Below are positions 43,810 through 50,423 of a stretch of 50,423 nucleotides of DNA, one piece after another. The translations under genes were made by a program, and so were the position numbers. Source of the DNA: Candidatus Thalassarchaeum sp. (GTDB lineage: Archaea; Thermoplasmatota; Poseidoniia; Poseidoniales; Thalassarchaeaceae); contig CBFHQW010000001.1 in assembly GCA_965658085.1 (NCBI GenBank), positions 1-50,423 on the forward strand. Direction: 5' to 3'. The stretch's first letter is position 1, and each line of letters begins with the position of its first letter. Under the pieces are notes generated by a model that worked only from the letters and a program-made list of their open reading frames with translations, made no database searches and had not been told where the DNA came from.

Positions 43810-44073
43810 TCACTCTGTTAGCCAATTGAAGAAGGATGGGAGGGCACTATCCATCATCCACAGCATCGCGAATCCGATTGCGCCGAGGATAAACATCCCT
43901 ATGCCACAAACGATTACGGTCTGGCGAAACTCCTGCTTGGATGGCTTCCTTGCCATCTTTAGAATACGAGCATAAGAACCGGTTTGAAGGCTGCGAACAC
44001 GCCCTTCAATCTCGTCCTGCCAACTCTGAACAGTCTCCTCGATGGGACCTATATTGGAACTCTCGATAGCCAT
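43810..44073 (-). CDS. secE: Preprotein translocase subunit SecE (Sec61 gamma)
   Basis: ARKPSKQEFRQTVIVCGIGMFILGAIGFAMLWMM, in the conserved position before spt5. ATG 44073 is preferred to the longer ORF-track start. Confidence 0.8.
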   Translation of the reverse strand: MAIESSNIGPIEETVQSWQDEIEGRVRSLQTGSYARILKMARKPSKQEFRQTVIVCGIGMFILGAIGFAMLWMMDSALPSFFNWLTE

Positions 44074-44165
44074 CACTAACCCTCGAAGCGACCCGGCGAC
44101 CAACAGACTCCATTTAAGCACGCCGGGCGAGCCCTAAGGGGCTCGAAATCAAATCAGAGTAATAA

Positions 44166-45284
44166 TCAATTCACGAACTCGACAGTTCGGTCCCTGAGGT
44201 TGCGTATCTGAGTGTGTCGCGAAGCTCCGTCTATCTGCTCACTCTTCACGCCAGTCAGCACGAGCAGGACCCTGATATTGTCCCCCATGGTGTCATCAGT
44301 AGTAGCGCCCCAGATGATTCGAGCATAGGGATTCACCTTTTCGCGAATCAGCTTGGCGCACAGTTCGGCGTCTCCAAGTGACAGAGTAGGCCCGCCGACC
44401 ACATTTACCAGCGCTCCTCGGGCATCGGAAATGTCTATGTCGAGCAGAGGCGATTCTAGAGCCTCCTCGGTGGCTTTCTCGGCCCTACCTTCACCGTGAG
44501 CCTCTCCGAGTCCAATGACCGCCACTCCTCCCCCGTTTTCCATCACGGAGCGCAGGTCTTGGAAGTCGAGGTTGACAACACCCTCCTTAGAAAGCATCTC
44601 AGAGACTCCTGAAATACTCCTCATCAACAATTCGTCTGCGACGCGGAATGCAGCATCGAGTGGGAGGTCACGAACCCCCTCGATCTCGAGAAGACGCTCG
44701 TTAGGCAGTACGACCACTGTGTCGCACACCTCCCGCAATCTTTCCAAGCCCCATTCTGCATTCTGCTTCCGCAGCGCCCCCTCTGACATGAAGGGATAAC
44801 TCACCACAGCGATGGTCAAAGCTCCGGCCGATTTGGCCAACCGAGCAACTACATGCGCACTCCCTGTCCCAGTGCCACCTCCCAGTCCCGCTGTGATGAA
44901 TGCCAAATCGCAGTTTTCAATCTCCGTCTTGAGCGCGCGTTCAGACTCGTATGCAGCCTGCTCGCCTTTCTCCGGGTCGCCACCAGCGCCCCTACCTCTG
45001 GCAGAGCGCCCAATTAGCACCTTGTCCCGGACATTGACCCTCAACAGGTGTTGGGCGTCAGTGTTGACCGCCAGCCCCCTGACATATGTCCCGTCGAACA
45101 CACCTTCGAGCTCTAGCCTTGCTACGGTGTTGGAACCGCACCCTCCACAGCCGAACACACGTATCTTGGGCTGCAGTGATTTGAGTAGGTTCTTCAGTTC
45201 CGCATCGTTCTTCCTGTCGTTCAAGTCGTTAGGTATGACATTGTCATCTCTGTCAGCCAGAGCCCTCTCGACGATGAAGTCCAC
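44166..45284 (-). CDS. ftsZ: Cell division GTPase FtsZ
   Basis: GCGGCGSN and the tubulin signature GLGGGTGTGS. GTG start at 45284. Confidence 0.92.
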   Translation of the reverse strand: MDFIVERALADRDDNVIPNDLNDRKNDAELKNLLKSLQPKIRVFGCGGCGSNTVARLELEGVFDGTYVRGLAVNTDAQHLLRVNVRDKVLIGRSARGRGAGGDPEKGEQAAYESERALKTEIENCDLAFITAGLGGGTGTGSAHVVARLAKSAGALTIAVVSYPFMSEGALRKQNAEWGLERLREVCDTVVVLPNERLLEIEGVRDLPLDAAFRVADELLMRSISGVSEMLSKEGVVNLDFQDLRSVMENGGGVAVIGLGEAHGEGRAEKATEEALESPLLDIDISDARGALVNVVGGPTLSLGDAELCAKLIREKVNPYARIIWGATTDDTMGDNIRVLLVLTGVKSEQIDGASRHTQIRNLRDRTVEFVN

Positions 45285-45371
45285 GAGGCCGAGGCGAGTC
45301 GTAGAGAGGATAACCGTTACCCCCCGCCTTCGGCGGGCAAGGCGTGTTTCATCGGGGCGGCTACAAGGCCA

Positions 45372-46052
45372 CTATCTCAGCAACTGGTTCCGTGTACTGA
45401 TGAAGCGGGAGAGGAATGTGTATACTCCTCCCCAAGCGGAGATGGCAAGAGTGGCCGTCATGCCGTTGAGGTTACTATTTCCCAGCATGACCCAACTGGC
45501 GTAGCCTGCGTCCGAGAGATCAATACCAACTCCTCCAGAGTAAGCCTGCCAAGAAGCGGCGACCAAACAGGCCACCGTCAGTACCATGCGGTCAGCGCGA
45601 CCGAAGCCACCGTAGATTCTGTCGAGTCCGACTGACTGAGCCTGAGTCCCCATGTAGGAGCCGAACAAGGTCAGCACCGCTGCCACAGCCCCCGAGCTCG
45701 GATCACTGACAAAAGTCGCGTTCATCCCTATCGCAATGAGTAAACCTACGTCGACAACCCTGTCGATGGTGTGGTCGAGGAAGTCTCCGTACGGTCCAGC
45801 CACTCCCTGATGACGTGCCAGAGCACCGTCAAGCGCGTCGAGAACGCCGGCAAGTAGTATCAGCAAGACGGAGGCTCCAATCATGATTGCACCGTTATTG
45901 TCGAGGGCAGCCTCTGAAATCAGCCAGAAGGCGCCGAGAGCGAGGATTAGACTAGCCCAAGTCAGGATACTAGGGTCAAGACTCCCCATTTTCAGGACTA
46001 ATGGCTCGATTGCCTTAGTCCAGGTTCCTCTCATCCTCTCAAACACCGTCAC
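45372..46052 (-). CDS. CDP-alcohol phosphatidyltransferase (archaetidylinositol-phosphate or archaetidylserine synthase-like)
   Basis: DALDGALARHQGVAGPYGDFLDHTIDRVVD matches D-x2-DG-x2-AR-x8-G-x3-D-x3-D. Multiple TM helices. GTG 46052 overlaps the upstream stop. Confidence 0.8.
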   Translation of the reverse strand: MTVFERMRGTWTKAIEPLVLKMGSLDPSILTWASLILALGAFWLISEAALDNNGAIMIGASVLLILLAGVLDALDGALARHQGVAGPYGDFLDHTIDRVVDVGLLIAIGMNATFVSDPSSGAVAAVLTLFGSYMGTQAQSVGLDRIYGGFGRADRMVLTVACLVAASWQAYSGGVGIDLSDAGYASWVMLGNSNLNGMTATLAISAWGGVYTFLSRFISTRNQLLR

Positions 46053-46618
46053 TCCTCCATCCTGGCTACCCAGTCAATCAGCGAGCCCGGGCTAGCCGGC
46101 TTGAAGCCATCTGCTATCCAGTTGGAAAGCGAGTCGACGACTGAGTCGACGCTGCCATGCGAAGTATCGAATTCACACCATGGGGTATCGCCCTCGCGCT
46201 CGTTCCAAGCCCCTCCTAGTAACTCCCACTCGCAGTTTGCCTGCACTTTCTCGGCCGTGTAACCTCTACTCGTGAGTCTAGAGTCTAGAATCTCTGGCGA
46301 GCAGCGCAGTACGGCCACCGCATCACAAGGCAGATGATGAGAGAGGTGACCGTCCACCACTACGGTCCCTTCAGGAGGAGATTCCCACTCAGGAGCGAGC
46401 GCATCATGCAATGCGTCAGTGTCGATGACCCTCGCCCCGTCGGCTGGATCGGCCTCACCTAGCAAACCGTTCTGCTCGGCTAGAGATTCTACTGAAACTA
46501 CGATACATCCACCATCGGATAGCATCTGTGCCACTGTGCTCTTTCCAGTCCCGGGCGTGCCGGTCAGGGCCAGTCGGAAGCCTCCGCTCACATTCCGACC
46601 GGCCAGTAGGGATACCAT
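46049..46618 (-). CDS. AK6/Fap7-type adenylate kinase / NTPase
   Basis: LTGTPGTGKST, ...VVDGHLSHHL..D.VAVLRC.P..L..RL..RGY. ATG 46618 preferred. Confidence 0.7.
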   Translation of the reverse strand: MVSLLAGRNVSGGFRLALTGTPGTGKSTVAQMLSDGGCIVVSVESLAEQNGLLGEADPADGARVIDTDALHDALAPEWESPPEGTVVVDGHLSHHLPCDAVAVLRCSPEILDSRLTSRGYTAEKVQANCEWELLGGAWNEREGDTPWCEFDTSHGSVDSVVDSLSNWIADGFKPASPGSLIDWVARMEE

Positions 46619-46672
46619 CAACGCTACGCGTGGCAGGCGCAATATTGACCATCCTCCCACACCGCGGTCAGT

Positions 46673-47818
46673 TTGAGCCACATGTCTGAAGGAGAAACTA
46701 GCTGGGTCCGAGCGATGGACCCTAGGGATACCAAACTCAACCTTCTACTACTAGCCCTGCCGGTAACTTGCTACTTCGCGTACATCGCGCATGACGAGTC
46801 CATGGCCTTCATGTTCTCTCTTCTAGCGATTATGCCACTGGCTTTCTTGATGGGTAGAGCAACTGAGGAGATTGCGCTCTATACATCAGAATCCTTGGGT
46901 GGATTACTCAATGCAACTTTTGGAAATGCTGCTGAGATGATAATCGCTTTACTCGCAATTTATACAGCATCGCAAGCAGTCTCTGGAAGTGATACAGAGA
47001 CACTCATGATTGGTCTAGTACAAGCCAGCCTAATCGGTAGTATTCTTGGAAATCTACTACTCGTGATGGGTCTTGCATTTTTGTGGGGGGGAATCAATTT
47101 CCCCGAGCAGAAATTCTCTGAAACTCAGGTCAGTTCCAACGGTTCACTGATGATGTTAGCGATGATTGTACTAATCATTCCAACCGTATTCAACTCAACC
47201 GTAGGGGGAACCGAGGGTGAAGAAGGCGTCATGCAACTAAGCCACGTAGCAGCAATCGTACTCCTTTTGTTGTACGGATTATTCCTTTACTTCCAGTTCA
47301 AGTCTCACGTGGATCTATTCGCTACAGAGACACATGACCATGAAGCGCCTGAGATGAGTAAGCGTGATGCCATTATTCTCTTAGTTGTCGCTACAATTCT
47401 AGTTTCTTGGATGGCCGAGATTCTTGTTCATTCGGTAGAATATGCTGCCTCGGATGAAGGACTGGGCCTTCCCCACTTATTCATTGGAGTGATTCTACTC
47501 CCTCTATTCGGTAACGCGGCCGAGCACTTCACCGCCGTGGTAGTTGCGGGCAAGGACAAGATGGATCTCTCCTTTGCCATCTCGATGGGCTCATCAACTC
47601 AGATCGCAGTCTTTGTAGCTCCAATGATGATTCTCGTGGCATGGGCATTGAATGTACCATTAACTTTCGAGTTTGGAATGCTAGAGACTGTATCTGCATT
47701 CCTAGCCGTACTAATTGTGAATATCATAGCTTCAGACGGCAAATCGAACTGGCTAGAAGGAGCAATGCTGCTTGGCACCTACGCGGTCTTAGGTGCAGCC
47801 TTCATGTTCCATCCCTGA
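46673..47818 (+). CDS. Ca2+/H+ antiporter (CaCA/CAX family)
   Basis: Two alpha-repeats, GNAAEMIIAL and GNAAEHFTAV, and about 11 TM helices. Possible starts: 46673, 46682 or 46715. Confidence 0.85.
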   Translation: MSHMSEGETSWVRAMDPRDTKLNLLLLALPVTCYFAYIAHDESMAFMFSLLAIMPLAFLMGRATEEIALYTSESLGGLLNATFGNAAEMIIALLAIYTASQAVSGSDTETLMIGLVQASLIGSILGNLLLVMGLAFLWGGINFPEQKFSETQVSSNGSLMMLAMIVLIIPTVFNSTVGGTEGEEGVMQLSHVAAIVLLLLYGLFLYFQFKSHVDLFATETHDHEAPEMSKRDAIILLVVATILVSWMAEILVHSVEYAASDEGLGLPHLFIGVILLPLFGNAAEHFTAVVVAGKDKMDLSFAISMGSSTQIAVFVAPMMILVAWALNVPLTFEFGMLETVSAFLAVLIVNIIASDGKSNWLEGAMLLGTYAVLGAAFMFHP

Positions 47819-47886
47819 ACATTGAGTAGTGGATTCTGTATGATGGATGCAGAGGATTCAATGAGTATGAGCAACAGGAGAAGACC

Positions 47887-48597
47887 GTGAGCTCAGACAA
47901 TTCCACCAGCCCGCAACAGCGAGCACTTGCCATGTCTGTACATCTGGGCACGGCTTCCGGCGCGCTTTGGGCACTACTTTCTTTGGAAGCGATTTTTGTC
48001 GAAGACTACCGGACCGCCTTCTTCTGGATGTTCCTAGCAATGGTGGTTGATTCAGTAGATGGGCCCCTGGCTAGGAAGCTCGATGTCAAGCGTCATGCGC
48101 CACAGATTGATGGAGCACGACTTGACGACATCATCGACTACATCAACTACACTTTTGTCCCCATTGTCCTCCTAATCCATGCCGAATGGATCCCTGACCC
48201 AGTCTCGCTATGGGCAGCCGTCCCACTCATCGCGAGCGCCCTAGCGTTCACCAACACCGAATCCAAAGACACCGAGGAAGGCTTCTTCCTCGGCTTTCCT
48301 TCCTATTGGAATGTCTTCGCCTTCTACGTCGTAGTCGCAGCTCCCCCTGGCAGCGAGTGGTACGTGCTCCTACTGACATTAGCACTCAGTGCACTGAGCG
48401 TGATGCCAGTCCGCTTTGTCTACCCGAATCGATTCGACCGATTGCGCTGGTTCTTCATCGGTGGCGGCATTGTTTGGATAGCATCACTACTACTCATTGC
48501 CACACTATACCCGGACGCTCCGCGGCTGCTGGTGTTCGCTTCGATGTCTTATCCAGTGCTGTATCTCGGGCTATCGCTGTGGCTAGATAGGGATTGA
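47887..48597 (+). CDS. pcs: Phosphatidylcholine synthase-like CDP-alcohol phosphatidyltransferase
   Basis: SVHLGTASGALWAL..., FWMFLAMVVDSVDGPLARKLDVKRHAPQIDGARLDDIIDYINYTFVP, FFLGFPSYWNV and FVYPNRFDRLR align closely with rhizobial Pcs as I remember it. GTG start. Confidence 0.7.
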   Translation: MSSDNSTSPQQRALAMSVHLGTASGALWALLSLEAIFVEDYRTAFFWMFLAMVVDSVDGPLARKLDVKRHAPQIDGARLDDIIDYINYTFVPIVLLIHAEWIPDPVSLWAAVPLIASALAFTNTESKDTEEGFFLGFPSYWNVFAFYVVVAAPPGSEWYVLLLTLALSALSVMPVRFVYPNRFDRLRWFFIGGGIVWIASLLLIATLYPDAPRLLVFASMSYPVLYLGLSLWLDRD

Positions 48598-48598
48598 A

Positions 48599-50248
48599 TC
48601 ATTCCCTACCTACAACTCTATTCTTGTAAGCAGAGTAGTTTCCAGGCCAGACAATTAGGTTTCCATCTCCTTGTAAATCCCAAATTGTGTCACACACTTT
48701 ATCTAGGAAAAATCGGTCATGACTTACCGCGATAATACCTCCATCAAACTCATTCAAAGCAATCTCGAGAGCCTCCTTTGCATCTGTGTCCAAGTGGTTT
48801 GTGGGTTCATCGAGCAAAAGCATATTATTTTCCTCAAGCAGGAGCCTAAGTAGAGCCACTCTGGCCCTTTCACCACCACTAAGTTTGCTAAGTGGAGTTG
48901 TGACCATTTCCTTTGTGAATTGAAACTGCCCAAGAAGTGCCCGCAATTCACCATACTCCATTCTAGGTTTCAATTTCTGAACCTCTTCGATTGGAGTGAG
49001 TTCAAAATTCAAGGATCTATGGTCTTGATGGAAGTACCCGATTTGCACCCCGGGACTGATTTCTATTTTCCCTGAATCAAGAGTTAACTCACCTGTTATG
49101 AGTCTAAGGAGAGTGGTCTTGCCTACTCCATTTGGACCTATTACGCCTATCTTTTGACCCCTGCGGACACTTACTCCCAAATCCTGAATTATTGGTTTTG
49201 AAAGAGACTCAAAGGATAAGTTCGCATCACGGAACTCCAATACCTCCAGACTACTCTTCTCTGCAGATTGGAGATTGAAATTTAGACTCTGACGCTGCTT
49301 CGGCTTCAAAGATTTTAGCCATTTTAACTCTCTTTGGGAACGTGCAATCATGAAATGTTTCTGAGATACTGACTTGTCGAACTTGTTAGCTCTCTTCATC
49401 GATTGCATAGCTCCTTTAAGACGCTTAATTTCCTTCTGTGTCTTTACGATTCGATCATTCAATGTCCGTAGGAAGATTTCCTTCTGTTTCAGAAACGACG
49501 TGTAGTTTCCTGGATAGGCACGAAGATGAGAATCCTGAATCTCGACGATGTTATTGCAGACCCTATCGAGGAAATACCTGTCATGGCTAACTATCATCAG
49601 TGCACCCTCAAATCTGTTTAGGAACCTCTCAAGCCACTCTAGAGTATTGAAGTCAAGGTGATTCGTTGGCTCATCAAGGAAGAAAACATCAATTTGACTT
49701 AGACCGACCAGTTGTCTGGCAAGAGCAACTTTTGCACGCTCACCACCAGAGAGAGATTTTAGTGGCACCTCCATCGAGTTTTGATCTAGATTCAGTGCCT
49801 TGAGAATCTCCTGAGCATGCCCGGCGACGTCGCCCCCACCGGATCGAGCCATCAAACTCTGTAACTCCTGATATCTTTCCATGTCTGGTTGCCAGTCGCC
49901 ATCATAGAACGATGGTTTCCCCATTTTTTCTTCGAGTTCAGAGATTTCTTCTTCTAGTTCTAGAAACTGCCTTCCTCTGCGATTGAGCTCCTGCCTGAGA
50001 GTCGCACCGTCGTCTATGTCTCTAATTTGTGTTAGAAAGGCGAGCCTCAATGCCGGGGCGAATGAAATGTCTCCAAGATCTTGATCTTGGTTACTGATAG
50101 TTCTGAGGAGTGTAGTTTTTCCAGATCCATTGTGCCCTATTACGCCAATACGATTACCTTCGTCAATGCGTAAATTTACTCCCTCTAGAACTGTCAGTGG
50201 ACCAAAGGCCCTGTGAACTTCTTCAAGGCGAATCAGCTCTCTGGCCAC
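48599..50248 (-). CDS. ABC-F family ATPase (two ABC domains, no TM domain)
   Basis: Domain 1: GHNGSGKTT / LSGGERAKVAL / FFLDEPTNHLD. Inter-domain linker: GNYTSFLKQKE...KEIKRLK. Domain 2: GPNGVGKTT / LSGGERARVAL / LLLDEPTNHLD. C-terminal GNYSAY. GTG start preceded by GGAGAGG. Confidence 0.88.
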   Translation of the reverse strand: MARELIRLEEVHRAFGPLTVLEGVNLRIDEGNRIGVIGHNGSGKTTLLRTISNQDQDLGDISFAPALRLAFLTQIRDIDDGATLRQELNRRGRQFLELEEEISELEEKMGKPSFYDGDWQPDMERYQELQSLMARSGGGDVAGHAQEILKALNLDQNSMEVPLKSLSGGERAKVALARQLVGLSQIDVFFLDEPTNHLDFNTLEWLERFLNRFEGALMIVSHDRYFLDRVCNNIVEIQDSHLRAYPGNYTSFLKQKEIFLRTLNDRIVKTQKEIKRLKGAMQSMKRANKFDKSVSQKHFMIARSQRELKWLKSLKPKQRQSLNFNLQSAEKSSLEVLEFRDANLSFESLSKPIIQDLGVSVRRGQKIGVIGPNGVGKTTLLRLITGELTLDSGKIEISPGVQIGYFHQDHRSLNFELTPIEEVQKLKPRMEYGELRALLGQFQFTKEMVTTPLSKLSGGERARVALLRLLLEENNMLLLDEPTNHLDTDAKEALEIALNEFDGGIIAVSHDRFFLDKVCDTIWDLQGDGNLIVWPGNYSAYKNRVVGRE

Positions 50249-50423
50249 ACCTCTCCGCGAGAGCCCCCCCTACAAGTAACCGATTGACTGAGGGGCGGCT
50301 CATTCACTACTCTACGTTTCGACACTGCTTCGATTCGAAAACCATCCACCTATCCATAGTCCCAATCCTATCATTGCAATCTGGGCGAAAAGCCTCACTA
50401 TATGTCCAGTAGGCGAAAGAGAT

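Noticed and set aside
45285-45371. 87-nt spacer before ftsZ with a GC hairpin (CCCGCC-TTC-GGCGGG at 45323-45337), considered as a small RNA or tRNA fragment
   Set aside because: It has no tRNA-like arms or conserved T-loop. The 6-bp stem with a 3-nt loop and no T-run is too weak to call.
44812-45504. 230-aa ORF on the + strand
   Set aside because: It is antisense to FtsZ and runs into the intergenic spacer. It has no motifs and is a shadow of a high-confidence gene.
50249-50423. ORF 50197-50412 (+) and the terminal 175 nt as a possible partial gene
   Set aside because: The ORF overlaps the ABC-F start and has no motifs. The region is more simply the ABC-F upstream region, and too little sequence remains to judge.
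1-50423. Scan for tRNA/rRNA genes, transposases, integrases, toxin-antitoxin pairs and known defence-system signatures
   Set aside because: I found no T-arm/anticodon-arm-like structures, no rRNA-like stretches, no DDE or tyrosine recombinase motifs, and no spaced repeat arrays by eye. A tRNAscan, Infernal or defence-finder run would be needed for certainty.

Overview
Chromosomal segment from an archaeon. The evidence is a set of archaeal information-processing genes: MCM, GatE, Pth2, the ftsZ-secE-spt5-rpl11-rpl1-rpl10-rpl12 cluster, and AK6/Fap7. FtsZ, peptide and amino-acid uptake genes, large adhesin-like surface proteins and bacterial-type lipid genes suggest a marine heterotrophic euryarchaeote (Marine Group II / Poseidoniales-like); this placement is inference only. 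I support about 45 CDS. By eye I found no rRNA, tRNA, CRISPR array, transposase or integrase. Ordinary content: a LivJ/HM/G/F amino-acid ABC transporter, threonine aldolase, an M20 dipeptidase, a class I/II aminotransferase, a YchF/DRG-type GTPase, a CaCA antiporter, and secreted or membrane hypotheticals. Items worth a second look: (1) Spt5 carries a ~120-aa N-terminal Nudix-fold domain with a degenerate Nudix box. (2) The adjacent L11 gene encodes only the C-terminal rRNA-binding domain, with its own strong SD and an in-frame stop upstream. (3) A translationally coupled bacterial-type AddB/AddA-like helicase-nuclease pair (about 8.5 kb) in which both subunits end in Cas4-like 4-Cys PD-(D/E)XK domains. 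(4) A phosphatidylcholine-synthase-like gene and a low-GC ABC-F ATPase gene, both from families regarded as bacterial/eukaryotic. (5) A compact MIP/aquaporin-like protein in which both NPA asparagines are replaced. (6) An Arg-type cysteine dioxygenase with the eukaryote-like Cys/Tyr crosslink pair. (7) A 1090-aa surface protein combining a 7-blade RCC1 propeller with ~15 ephrin-receptor-like Cys modules. (8) An 18-Cys zinc-finger protein abutting a membrane-anchored hexapeptide-repeat protein. (9) A fused LivH-LivM permease. All homology calls come from reading motifs by eye; none was confirmed by a search.
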